Positions 12,380 through 25,901 of a stretch of 64,000 bases of DNA are shown here, piece after piece (position 1 is the first letter of the stretch; every line of letters starts with the position of its first letter). Source of the DNA: Octopus vulgaris (lineage: Eukaryota); assembly GCA_951406725.2 (NCBI GenBank), contig OX597832.1, forward strand, positions 38,812,001 to 38,876,000. Direction: 5' to 3'. Both the position numbers and the translations under genes were made by a program. The notes beneath the pieces were generated by a model. The model made no database searches. It was not told where the DNA came from and was given only the letters and a program-made list of their open reading frames with translations.

Positions 12380-13780
12380 ACGGCTGCAGGCCATGAAAAC
12401 TCCAGAATATCAGGTCAATAGGCCGGCTTCAGTTTCTAAATTTTCAATTACTTATAGCTTAATGATGTGTGCAATCTGCTTCATGAATTCTTTCATTGTA
12501 AGCTTCGCCATTTTGGGCGGATGAACTGGACAGATGTTACAAACTGCTGTAATTTCAACATCAAATTGATTTTCCAATAACGATGGCTAATCTACGAAAA
12601 TATTTTCTATATATATTAGTCACTAATATTCAAAAGGGATTTTTGCCGATCACAATCTCTGAGAAGAGTTACGCTGGTGTTTGATTTTTCAGTCAGTTGT
12701 TCGACTTTCGAAAAAATGTCCTTATTCACTTTAATGAAAGTTTTATACTTCTCAAAGTGCTGAAGGGCTTCTCTACTGTGTAGGCCACCTAGTTTTTTTG
12801 TAAATTTAGCTTAAATTTTCTAAGCTGACCTTACGATTGTATTGGAAATAAAGTAATAATCTCCATTCACTTAATGGTGCAACGCCAAGACATTCCTCTC
12901 AAACAATGTCATGAGATTCACCTGTGTTAGCAAATTGTGCAGCAAGTGACAATTACACCTTTTCAGGTAAGTTAGCACTTTCATCAGTGATTATTGAAAA
13001 CCCAGGTACAACACAGGCCAGAGAAACAATATCCTCCTTTATAATTTTTTCACACAATTTGATCATTTTACATCTCACACAGACAAACGCATAAGAAACA
13101 CCTGGAGAATGTTTCAAAGGAGTTCTTAACGCCTTATCTCTTGCTTTAATACGGAACCTATAAGAGGCTCTGACGATTTCCAGTTGTGTCTTTGTCCTTC
13201 CATAAAGTCAAGTCACGAGTACAACATAATAAAATTGTTAAGAGTATAGCAAATTGCATTTTTTTTTTCAATTTTCCTCTGTCGTTTCAAAGCATGTTAT
13301 GCTGGCATAGAATTCTCTTTTTGGTTTGCTTCTGATAGTCGCAACATTCGCAACATCGACTTCAATATCTCTGCTTGATATATGATTCTTTGCACAGTAA
13401 CAAAAGTCGTTATATTTTGTAAAATTGTGTTAGTAAAGATGCTTTGTATTGTACAATTCTTGCAGAAGGCTCCTTTCATGCGTGAAGAATAACTAATCCA
13501 CAATGAATATTCGGTTAACTGCACACGACGAAATCTGCGTGGAACCCTTTGCTCTTTTTTTTTTTCTGAAATTATAATTTGCTGGAAGTGCGTAACACTT
13601 CACAAGAATACTATGCTTGATATCGTCCGTTAATTTGTTTGAAGCATTAGCATCGTACTCTATATCATTACCTTCAACGAAACTGTAACATTTCCGCTGG
13701 CATCCGTCACCTGTTAAATCGGGCGTGGAAATACTGTGTCGTTTTTCTTCTGATTTATATTTTTTCGCCATTTTTCCTGT
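12380..13780 (-). mobile_element. hAT-type (ZMYM1/THAP12-like) transposase remnant
   Basis: YSLWISYSSRMKGAFCKNC (TTF zinc-finger-like) near 13460-13515 and FSIITDESAN (compare FSIIADESTD) near 12971-13000. Many stops and frameshifts. Confidence 0.7.
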
Positions 13781-14507
13781 CTCGTTATTTGCAGTTTCGT
13801 TTTCATCCTATTTTCTCATGCTCATAAAATTTTTAATGTTCATTCCTCTCCACGAAAATTAAAACTATAAAATATTTAAGAACAAATTCAGGTTATAGAT
13901 CAAGCCTGTAGTATAAAATCACATTAACGTAAAAGTAACAAGCTGATTTTAAGTCAGTCTCCTAACATTAGTATAATAATTATATTTAATTACAACAATA
14001 TAGAAGTAGCACTACTGGTATTACTGGTATCACTTATACTACTTTTTTTCTTTTGCACAAAAATTTATTTTGTAAACAACGTTAAAACAGTTTTGCTCTC
14101 TGAAAATTGTCAGGAAAAATGGATTACGGTTATGTTTAAAATATAGCATCATAGCAACAAAAAAAAAAAGAAAGAAAAGAAAAGGAAAGAAAAAAGAAAA
14201 GATGATTTTGCTTGCTTCTGTTTAATTTCATTTATTAATTTACAGTTTGTTATTTAAAATACTCAAACGCTCTTTGAATTTCATTATACTTTAAAAGATA
14301 TTATGCCTGCAGTTATTTTGTCTAAATTTCTTTTGTGTTTAAAGTTCGTTTTTATTAAGCCAAGACAGAAATGAAAATGTTATTTTTCCGAAAGCTGGCA
14401 TATCTTAGCAGCCATACTCAAAACTATATTTCACTATTTTTCGGCAGAAAATAGAAACTTTTTAATGCAACTGTCTTCAGGCTGGCCAATCTTGAGAATA
14501 GCATTTA

Positions 14508-15090
14508 AGACGGCGAACTGAGAGAACCGTTTGCACGCCGGGCAAAATGTTTCGCGGTATCAATAAAATAAGTGCTAGTTTAGTACTGGGGTCGATTCAG
14601 CTGATCTACCTCTTCCTATTTACCTGCTCCAATTATCGAGCAGGTAAATGATAAAATGCTTCATTATTAATAAACACAAAAAGGCAGTGAGCTGGCAGCA
14701 TCGTTACCATCTTTACATTCTGAGTTCAAATTCCTCCGGGGTTGACTTTGCCTTTCATTCTTTCGGGGTCAATAAGTTAAATACCAGTGAAACACTGGTG
14801 TCGATGTAATCGACCAGTCCGCTCACCCAAAATTTCTAGCCTATGCTTCTAGTAGAAAGGATTATCAATGGAGACAAAAAGGCGACGAGGTGCAGAATCG
14901 TTACCGCGTCGAACAACATACTTAGCGACAGTTCTTCCGACGTTAGTTCTGAGTTCAAATTCAGATGAGGTCGACTTTGCCGTTCATCCTTTCGGGTTCG
15001 ATAAATTAAGAACCGGTTGAGGACTTGCGTCGATATAATCGACTATCACTCTCCTCCAAAATTTCAGCGTTGAACCGACAGTAGAAATTA
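14508..15090 (+). mobile_element. Cluster of three degenerate SINE family C copies
   Basis: Heads GGCGAACTG/GGCAGTGAGCTG/GGCGACGAGG near 14511, 14682 and 14881, plus the TTTGCCTTTCATxCTTTCGGGGTC core. Confidence 0.8.
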
Positions 15091-15769
15091 TTAATACACA
15101 AAATTATTTCTTACTCTATATTATTATCTTCTAAATACACATATTGACTTTCATATCAAATCAACAGAATTTTAAAATTGCTATGAACGAATTTCAAATT
15201 AGGACAAGGATATCTCAAATTAAAATGATTGAACTATGATTTAAATGATATGAACTTTAATCTAAATCAAATTAACTTTTATTCAAAACAAATGAATATT
15301 AATTTAAAATATAAAATTCATATGAAAATAGCTAATGTAAAACTAAAACAACACGCTTGATTTAAAACATCATATTTTGTTCATAGTCATATGTCCTGAC
15401 ATATTAAAGATTTTGTACAAGAGAAACCAGATTGTTAAATGTCATTTCCGGTTTATTAGTACACATCACTGTAAGATAAAGTAAGTTACAGATATTTCAT
15501 GTATGCTGCGTTAAAACAGTTTTGCTCTCTGTAAATTGTTAGTAAAATGGGTTACGGTTATGTTTAAGATATAACATCATAGCGAAGAAGAAAAGAGAAA
15601 AAGAAAAGAGAATGTTGCTTGTTATTTATACAGGTGAAAACAAGTTACATGATAATGGATGGGTATTTCTTATGTATTGTTAGAAAACAGAAAACAACGT
15701 ATGACGTATTAATTAGTTAGTCGTTAGTACATAAAATTATATAAAACAAACATTCATTTATCACCTAAA

Positions 15770-17150
15770 TGTAAATCCAGTAGCTGCACCATATCAGCAA
15801 AATGTTTTTTCGACTTGGATACAAATTCTTAGATACAGAATTGGTATGATGGTTGAAATTGAATTTTCGATGCATTGTTCTAGATACTGCATTCGGTACT
15901 TTGTCTGTGTCATACCAACTGGTGGAGCGCTCATCATAGTAGCAAAAATATTTCCTAGGTACCGCTTCATAGCGGCTGACGCTCTGAAAGATTTCTATAG
16001 AGGACTACATGGACTTCCGCGTATTATTTCGAGAATGTAAAATTCTTCCTCCGCAACAACAATGCATCCAAGACCAGCAGGAACTGATTGGATTATCACA
16101 GACAACGTCATTGAAAGGCTCAGAGATCGAACGGAGAACCTGTCGTAGCCATTTGCGACATTCTTCCTTTTCGTAGCTGTTTTTTTTTTCTCCGTTCTTA
16201 ATACAGGATGCTGGAAAATTGAGGAATTCCACCAAGACTATGAATGTCTTTTTCTTTTTAATGTAAAACTTCCCATTTTCCATCATGCAGAGAACTCCAC
16301 TATGTGAACGCCTCTGAGATGACCGAAACTTCCATCGTTTTCACACATCTAACCCCATTCATTAATTTCTCTACACATCCTTTCAGTTTTTTGTGTTCTT
16401 GCCTCGGAGTTCAGTGAGACTGGTTCTGGAAGCAGTGAATCGCCTGTCTACATGCCCAAGATCACAATGATACCAGTTTCGTTTCCAAATCTGGTAGCAA
16501 TCTTCTTCAGTGTGATAACCGCGCTCTTCTCTGCATCCATTGTACCTATTTCTTTACTGCATACAAGGAGCTAAACACAGAGGGGAGAAACAAGGACAGA
16601 TAAACGGATTAAGTCGATTACATCGACCCCAGTGCGTAACTGGTACTTATTTAATCGACCCTGAAAGGATGAAAGGCAAAGTCGACCTCGGCGGAATTTG
16701 AACTCAGAACGTAACGGCAGACGAAACACGGCTACGCACTTCGCCCGCCCGGCGTGCTAACGTTTCCGCCAGCTTGCCGCCTTTGTACCATCTGCATCCA
16801 TTGTACCATCATGTCAATAGGCGTCTGACAAACTTTTGCCGTACAAGAACCACTGCATTTTTTGTCGGTCCATCCGCTCGACGTAAACGCTCATATTCAG
16901 TAGAGATAGTGATAACACTAGCTTCTGCAACAGCTTTCCAGACAGCATCCTTCTCAGCTACTGCCATAATATTTTTCTTAGCTTCATCAATTGTGCAGAT
17001 TTTCGGTTTTGGAATATTTGTCCTGCTTCATAGTAGTCTTCACTCCTATTCAGCTCTTGAAAGTTGGTCTGAATATCACCTTCATCTGAGATATATTCGT
17101 TTGCACCTGAAGCCTTACTGCTACAAGTACTTGAAGCCACGTAATTAACC
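15770..17150 (-). mobile_element. piggyBac-like transposase remnant interrupted by a SINE
   Basis: Weak fragments EKDAVW...RADGPTKNA, ETGIIVILGM*TGD and a C-terminal STECSI...LYPSRKN resemble PGBD motifs. Heavily decayed. Confidence 0.35.
16547..16782 (-). mobile_element. SINE family C, full length, 17-bp TSD
   Basis: TCTGCATCCATTGTACC at 16530-16546 and 16791-16807. tRNA-like A and B boxes (TGGCGGAAACG, GTTCAAATTCC). Confidence 0.9.
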
Positions 17151-18226
17151 GATATGCAACCACAATAATACCAAGAAAACTAAAAAGACGATGATTATAC
17201 TGAATAGTACTATGTTGAAGAATATATAATTTTCTTAAACCAGTATTACACTTTTAGATGTTAATATCAGTTGAATCTTTTTCATCCATTTTTACATACA
17301 GTTAGCGTAGCCATGTGTACAGACGTCTCAACACATCTTCCATTCTTGACTAATGTTGCATCAACTAACAGAAGGAGGGTTATCACCAAGTAATAACAAA
17401 CGAGCGTACTATTATGAGGTTGTTCGGACAGCTAAAAATAACAACCAACTCTTCATATTCTGCCTTACTAACTTTATTAGAAATGAATGTAGCGGACGAT
17501 TTGATTAGTAATTTTGGTTCTGACGTTCGCATCTTTCCATATGTTTATGAATAAAAGACATTCCCAAAATTTTAAATTCAGATTTATGTTAACTTTTGCT
17601 TGTTTTAAATAAGAGTTGTTCAGTTTTAAACTTACTTTAAATTGGCGTTCATTTGTTTTAAATAAGAATTTATGTAATTAAAATGATGTCTCAGTTGTTT
17701 TAATCTGAGAGTCACTTCTTTTAATTGGAAATTCAGTAATTTTAATTTGAAAAATAAAAGGTGTAGATAATTAACTGCTTCGAAAGCATAAGAGAGGTCT
17801 TTCAGCAATGGATGTTCTGAATAGCAGTGAAGTGAGTTTGTGGTAAACACTTCCCTAAATGAACTATTAATACTATGAGCTTAGATTCTCGGGTTATAAT
17901 TAGTTCATTTGCAACGGAATAAGGTCAAGTCAGGTCAAGTATTGTAATTTATCCTAAACTGTCCTTATTCCCAGTGACCGGTGACCCCAGTCTTTAATCG
18001 ACAGTGATACCAGCTTATCGAGTAAGCAACTGTAATACAGAGACGAGAATTGCAAACCTTCTGGCGTTCATCGGTGACTCGCACTTTTACTTCAAACCAA
18101 CGCTGCTTCTCTTAACAGATGCCCAAGGCATCAGTTATCTGACTTTCTAGGATTTCAATTGAGAAAGAAAAGGAATGAAAATATGAAATACTGTTATTAA
18201 ATTAATGAATTCAACAATGTAACAGT

Positions 18227-18611
18227 GGAAGCACTCCGTCGGTTACGACGACGAGGGTTCCGGTTGATCCGAATCAACGGAACAGCCTGCTCGTGAAATT
18301 AACGTGTAAGTGGCTGAGCACTCCACAGACACGTGTACCCTTAACGTAGTTCTCGGGGATATTCAGCGTGACACAGAGAGTGACAAGGCCGGCCCCTTGA
18401 AATACAGGTACAACAGAAACAGGAAGTAAGAGTGAGAGAAAGTTGTGGTGAAAGAGTACAGCAGGGATCACCACCATCCCCTGCCGGAGGCTCGTGGAGC
18501 TTTAGGTGTTTTCGCTCAATAAACACTCACAACGCCTGGTCTGGGAATCGAAACCGCGGTCCTATGACCGCGAGTCCGCTGCCCTAACCACTGGGCCATT
18601 GCGCCTCCACA
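18227..18611 (-). mobile_element. SINE family B (tRNA-derived), full length, 32-bp TSD
   Basis: Head GTGGAGGCGCAATGGCCCAGTGG...GTTTCGATTCCC. Identical 32-mer at 18195-18226 and 18612-18643. Confidence 0.92.
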
Positions 18612-18886
18612 TATTAAATTAATGAATTCAACAATGTAACAGTAAATGAGAAGGATAGGAGAGTAAGGAGGATGTGTAAGAAACATTAAAAGGAAAGAGA
18701 AAATAAGAGAAAAGCAAAAAGGTTGGGATGGACAAAATAGAAAGAGGTAGACAAAGGTCACTGTTTTAAGAAATTATGGAGAAATATTAAATTGTTTATG
18801 AAATTCAGCTATAGCTGAAGTGGCCATGGTTTCGATCCCGGATAGTTCGGGTGAATTTGACAATAGTATTACCACGGAATATCATA

Positions 18887-19660
18887 AGGTGGCGAGCAGG
18901 TAGAACCGTTAGCGTGCCGGGCAAAATGCCTTGCGGTATTTCGTCTGCCGCTACGTTCTGAGTTCAAATTCCGCCGAGGTTGACTTTGCCTTTCATCCTT
19001 TCGGGGTCGATTAAATAAGTACCAGTTACACACTGGGGTCGATATAATCGACTTAATCCGTTTGTCTGTCCTTGTTTGTCCCCTCTGTGTTTAGCCCCTT
19101 GTGGGTAATAAAGAAATAAGTATTTCGTCTGCCGCTACGTTCTGAGTTCAAATTCCGCCGAGGTCGACTTTGCCATTCATCCTTTCGGGGTCGATTAAAT
19201 AAGTACCAGTTACGCACTGGGGTCGATATAATCGACTTAATCCGTTTGTCTGTCCCTGTTTGTCCCCTCTATGTTTATCCCCTTGTGGGCAGTAAAGAAA
19301 TAAGAATCGTTAGCACACGGGACAAAATTCTTAGCAGCGTTTCACCGTCTCTGTACGTTCCAAATTCAAATTCCACCGAGGTCGACTTTGCCTTTCATTC
19401 TTTCGGAGACGATAAAAAGAGTACCAGCTGAACACCGGGTTTGATATAATTGACTATTCCCCGCCCCTCAAATTTCAGACCTTGTACCTATAGTAGAAAG
19501 AGATATTACCGAATATTATTAAAGGTGACAAGTTGCCAAACTGGCAGAATCGTTAAGATGTTGAAGATTTACGTTCTGTCTTTACGTTCTGAGTTCAAAT
19601 TCCGCCGAACTTCACTTTGCCTTTCATCCTTTCACATTCGACAAAATGAGTACGATTTGA
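18887..19660 (+). mobile_element. Head-to-tail array of four SINE family C copies or fragments
   Basis: The TTCAAATTCCxCCGA...CTTTGCCxTTCAT core repeats near 18963, 19148, 19365 and 19594. The second copy starts mid-head directly after the first tail. Confidence 0.85.
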
Positions 19661-19714
19661 GCTTTGGTGGTATCTCTTAGATACCATTGTTTATAATTTT
19701 AACATATATATATA

Positions 19715-19857
19715 CGACAGTTTCTGTCTACCAAATCCACTCAAAAGGCTCGACGCTATAGTAGAAGACACTTGCCCAATGTGCCACGCAGTGGAACTGA
19801 ACCCGGAACCATGTGGGTGGGAAGCAAGTTTCTTACCACACAACTACTCCTACACCT
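19715..19857 (-). mobile_element. SINE family A, 5' part
   Basis: CCAAATCCACTCA...GACACTTGCCCAA...GAACCCGGAACCATGTG. Confidence 0.8.
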
Positions 19858-20937
19858 ATATATCTATAAAACAAATTACCATAAACCTATTTTCAGGTGT
19901 TAAAGTATTAATATATGGTTAGGAAGGTGCTAATTAAATTGGTATCCGATTTAAATTAGTGACAAAAATACTAAGCTAATTTGATGTAAATTAAATTAAT
20001 CAAGAGCGGTTTATGAAATTTTGAACCACAGATATGAAATCTATGGTACTTTGCAAAGAGAAGATATAGAAAAACATGCGGGTGTTAAGTAACTAAAACG
20101 TGTGTAATTTTATAGGAGAGAATGAAATGATAAGAATAATTAAAAGATAAGAAACAAGGTTAAAAAACTGGATGGAAATAGCTTTGAAACCTTAGAATTA
20201 CATATGATATGGACGTGTAGAAACAGTCCCGCGTTTGTATTAAGATAAAATTTAAAACAAACAAAGAGGCATTGGCAAAGAAGTAAATGTATTAAGGAAC
20301 AAATAGAATAAAGACGAGAAGCATCGAAATCGAAATAACAATCGCTGAGTTTCATATTTAAATAGATAAAACAACACATACATATATGCACATATACAAA
20401 TATTCGTATAACATATACATGCATGCGTACGTGCATACACAGGCACATATTGATTTCACGCATACACAAATACACACATATACACGAAAGTGTAAACGTA
20501 CATCATGCTTATACATATATATGTACACATGTACACATTGATATCAAGCATCCATGCGTTTATATCACATAAATGCGCATACATATCACACACAGAAACA
20601 AGTACATTCGTATGCACATTAACATATTCGCATCTGGCCTTTACACAAATGTATATTCGTATATCGCATATACACACGTTCATATGAATCATAGATGCTC
20701 CTATTTCACAGGTAAACACATACCTAACAAATATGCATATCTACATTCGTAAAACACGCATATACATATATACACACATACAAACACACACAAAAACTCA
20801 CGCGATGATCTCACACTTACACACATAGACACACACGCGTCTTAATATCAAACGCATGCAAATATTGCTATTAAGCATAGATATATGCACACTGAAAGTA
20901 CACATACATCAATGTACTATTATTACACATAAATAAG

Positions 20938-21610
20938 ATGGCGAACTGGCAGAAGCATTAGCACACCAGGCGAAATGTTTGGCGACATTTCGTCAGTCTT
21001 TACGTTCTGAGTTCAAATTCCGCTGAGATCAACTTCGTCTTACATCCTTTCGGGGTCGATAAAAAGAAGTACCAGTCGAGTTTCTTTGTTTTTTGGGTTT
21101 TTTTTTAGATAAAGTTGGGGCGAAAGAGTACAACAGGGGTCGCCACCCCACCCCACCCCCTGCTGGAGCCTCGTGGGGCTTTAGGTGTTTTTGTTCAATA
21201 AACACACACAATGCCCGGTCTGGGAATCGAAACCACGATCCTCCGACCGCGAGTCCGCTGCCCTAACCACTGGGCCATTGCGCCTCCACCAGTGGAACAC
21301 AGGGGTTGAAATTGCCCCCTTGCTGCCCTTTTACCAAAATTGGTAATTAATATTACACATATAGAGTAAGGCAGAGAGCAGGCAGGATCTTTAGCGCGTC
21401 GGACGAGCTGGCAGAATCGTTAGCACGCCGAGGAAAAATGCTTAGCAAAGTTTCATCTGTATTTACGTTTTGGGTTCAAATTCTGTCGAGGCCTACTTTG
21501 CCTTTCATCCTTTCGGGGACGATAAAATAAGTAGCAGTCGAACTCTGGGATCGATGTAATCGACTTAGCTCCAACCTTGAACTAACTGTGCCAAAATTTG
21601 AAACCAACAT
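20938..21610 (+). mobile_element. SINE C copies with an antisense, 3'-truncated SINE B inserted at 21081-21289
   Basis: The SINE C head at 20938 breaks at AGTACCAGT and resumes CAGTGGAACACAGGGG after the SINE B head. A further SINE C spans about 21400-21607. Confidence 0.8.
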
Positions 21611-21686
21611 TGTACATACATACATACATACATACATACATACATACATACATACATACATACATACATACATACATGCATGCATG

Positions 21687-21732
<46 letters not shown>

Positions 21733-22143
21733 CATGCATGCATGCATACATACATACATACATACATACATACATACATACATACATACATACATACATA
21801 CAAAACCCTGCAGAAAAATAAACAAGATAGATTATGTAACAGAAATCTGTAATGGTTGCAATGTAGAGTAAAGGCTGGTTGTGTATGTGTGTATTTATTT
21901 GTAAAAGTGTCCAAGTAGGAAACAGCAATAAAGAAAGGTAATGGCTGACATTGGAGAACTGTTCTACTAAATATAAAATATAAAATATATATATACATAG
22001 AAATAAACTGTAAAATTATCAACATTAGAGAAAACTGCTGCAAAAGTGGAGGGAAAAGAGAAAATTCAACAAACATTCTCAACACACGAAAACAAAGCGT
22101 ATATAGGTTATATACATATATAGAAACATACATACATGCATAC

Positions 22144-22258
<115 letters not shown>

Positions 22259-22349
22259 GAGAGAGAGAGAGACATATGTATATATATATATATATATACA
22301 TACTTGCACACACACACATATATGTATATACGTGCCTAAATATGCTTGC

Positions 22350-22412
<63 letters not shown>

Positions 22413-22860
22413 TGTGTGTGTGTATGTATATATGTCATTGTGTGTATGTGTATAAATACATACATTTATGTATGCACACATAAACACGGGTACACACATA
22501 TATATAGATATACATATATACATGTTCAAGCATATGTAATTGTGTGCTGGGTCTACATATATTAGAGAAAAAGAATTGAAGAATGTTTGTTTTAATGTTC
22601 GAAAGAGCCATTAAAGGAAGAGAAAAACACTGAAAAAAGAGGAAGTGAAAGGGAAATAATAAATAAACAAATACACAGTGTTGCGGTAGAGAAAAAGAGA
22701 GTCTGACATTGCTATTGTGCAGAGGACTAAAATTGTTGACAGATACATAAAAAATTGATACATTAACAGATCATAAAGAACGTTTGTCACACATAGGAAT
22801 CCAAGGGGAAATTATTCTTATCAATCTTGTGGCAGTAACAAAGAAAGAATTATCCTTATC

Positions 22861-23168
<308 letters not shown>

Positions 23169-23473
23169 CTGGAAGATTGTGAGCACGGCATATTTTTAAA
23201 GCGAAGGAAATAAAATTGCAGTGAATCAGTTTTGACTTCGAAATATGTTAAAGAAAGCTTTAAATATTACAAATTTAAGTCATTAACCGTGAATGCGCGG
23301 CAGGCCGATTTGACATTAAACCGTATGAACAGAGTACTTCCTGTTTTTTTATTCTCTTTTGGCAATTCTTGACAGTCACTGTATGTAGGTAACTGATACG
23401 GATAAAGTGTGTTGTGAAGCTGAGACAGAACGACATTTGTACAAATGTCTCTCTTTTCACATTCCTTTTTCAG

Positions 23474-23620
23474 ATTTGGCCGGATTACCGCAATATATTT
23501 TCAATTCGACTTCAAGACACAGTCCTTATATAGACGAGATTGTGCGTGAATACCGGTCTAAATTTGTGTATCGAGTTGCGCCCCCTTTGCATCATAGCTA
23601 TTCATTAAAAACATTTTTGT
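23474..23620 (+). CDS. Candidate internal coding exon, 147 bp, phase 1-1, product unknown
   Basis: Acceptor CTCTTTTCACATTCCTTTTTCAG and donor GTAAGT. Open frame (D)LAGLPQYIFNSTSRHSPYIDEIVREYRSKFVYRVAPPLHHSYSLKTFL in non-repetitive, CpG-retaining DNA. Confidence 0.35.
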
Positions 23621-23814
23621 GTAAGTGTCAACGCCGAAAGAAGTACCTGGTTTGTTATGATCGATGAAAAGAAACCCATCTTAAATACCATGCTCAAGCA
23701 TGGCCGTAGTTGAATGACAAGTGGAGAAATAACAAAAAAAAGGAGGACTGTTACGCAAGATTTGTGGAGTGGCGCGACCCAGTAATCATCAGAAGACGAT
23801 CTACCAGTAATAGC

Positions 23815-24050
23815 TCTTATCTTTTATACCTTTCATTTGTTTCAGTTGTTGGACAGCAGCAATGGCATAGGCAGCGCCTTGAAGGATTTTGGTGGAACAA
23901 ATCGAAGCCCAGTTCTTCTTTTCTTTGCTTTTAGTTTAAGCCAGGTACTTATTTTACCGGTCGTTTTTACCGAACCGCCAAGTAATGGGAACGTAAGCAA
24001 ATCAACACCGGTTGTCAGGCGGTACTCGGAACAAACTCAAAGACACACCT
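23815..24050 (-). mobile_element. SINE family A, degenerate 3' half
   Basis: TTGTTTCAG...CGAACCGC...CAACACCGGTTGTCA. Confidence 0.65.
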
Positions 24051-24269
24051 GCACGCTCATGTACATACACACACATATATGTATGTATATGTTTATGTAT
24101 GTATGTGTGTTTATGTATGTATGTCTGTATGTGTTTGTGTGTGTATATATATATATATTGGTAAAAACGGTAAAATAACAAAAGAAAGAAAGAGACCTCA
24201 ATATTATGTAAATAGAGGAAATTTATCTGTAAATTAAAATGTTACCATTATACAATAGTCAAAGTAAAA

Positions 24270-24370
<101 letters not shown>

Positions 24371-24473
24371 AGATTTGTATGTTTTATGTATGTATTCTAA
24401 TGCATATAGTTGCACATCTAGACATGTTCATATATATTTAAATGATAAACTTCTGGAAAGTTTGTATGCATGC

Positions 24474-24506
<33 letters not shown>

Positions 24507-24825
24507 TGTATGTATGTATGTATGTATGTATGTACGTATGTATACGTAAGTATGTGACAGGTTTCTTTAGGTTTCGTCCTCTACCACATCCACTCACAAG
24601 ACTCTGGAGTTGTAGACATTAGCCCTGAAAAAATTAAAGTGATTTATTTCAATTTCTTATTCCTTCGCTTACATTAGAATAAATAAATTTTAAATCAATT
24701 AAAATCGGGAACATATTTTGATAGAAATGTAAATATCAATATCTTTTATTCATTATAAATTTCCCAAAGCATTTCTTTCTTTCTTAAATTATAAATATTC
24801 TCGAGTGAAATCTAAAATGTTCAAT

Positions 24826-25215
24826 ATATGTGTGGCTGTGTTATAAGTAGCTTGCTTACCAGCCACATGGTTCCCGGTTCAGTCCCACTTCGTGGCACCT
24901 TCGGCAAGTGTCTTCTACTATAGCCTCGGGCTGACCAAAGCCTTGTGAGTGGATTTGGTACACAGAAACTGAAAGAAGCCCTTCGTACATATATATGTGT
25001 GTGTGTGTATATGTTTGTATGTCTGTGTTTGTCCTCTCCATCATCGCTTCACAACTAATGTTGGTATGTTTTTGTCCCTCTAACATAGCGGTTCGGCAAA
25101 AAAGTCCAACTGAATAAGTACTAGGCTTACAAAGAATAAGTCCTAAGGTCGATTTGTTCGACTTAAGGCGGTGGTCCAGCATGGCTGCAGTCAAATGACT
25201 AAAACAAATACATGA
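24826..25215 (+). mobile_element. SINE family A, full length
   Basis: Colinear with the 44682 copy. Confidence 0.9.
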
Positions 25216-25379
25216 ATAAAATAATGTGTATGTGTATGAATCTCTGTGTGTGTGCATGTGTGTTTGTATGTTTGTGTGTGTGCATGTGGGTGTATGTTTG
25301 TGTGTGTGCATGTGTGTGTGTGTGTGTACTACGAAAATTGATTAAAATTTCAGTAAAAGCTTCAGTAATAAATCCTAAC

Positions 25380-25620
25380 TTACGTTTGTACCGGTTTCAC
25401 CCATTCTTTACTGCTATCCCTAAATGAAGAATAATGATTGGAAATTCTCTTAGATAACTGGGAGGATGCGCCAATGTAGAAGTAGACATCGGTACCGCAA
25501 GAAAGTTTACATTGGTATATAGAATTCTTGATCTTAGAATTATTAGACATAAATTTAATTCTGTTGGGGTTGTTCTCAGAGACCAAAACCATGTTTTTAT
25601 TGCTATTATTATTATTATTA

Positions 25621-25686
<66 letters not shown>

Positions 25687-25803
25687 CTTTCAAATTTGCT
25701 TTCATTTCTTGCCGAGTGTCTTCCCGACTCCTAGGGCAAAGAAACTCATAGTATACATTGGTAGGCCATTAAACCAAACTCAATAGTTCGTTCATTTTTT
25801 AAA

Positions 25804-25901
<98 letters not shown>

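Noticed and set aside
18540-18611. tRNA-like sequences (also near 21220-21289 and 40525-40596)
   Set aside because: They are SINE heads with no complete cloverleaf, continuous with the SINE body.
18887-19660. Repeated motifs resembling a CRISPR or other regular array
   Set aside because: Irregularly spaced SINE copies with no constant repeat-spacer structure, in a eukaryotic context.
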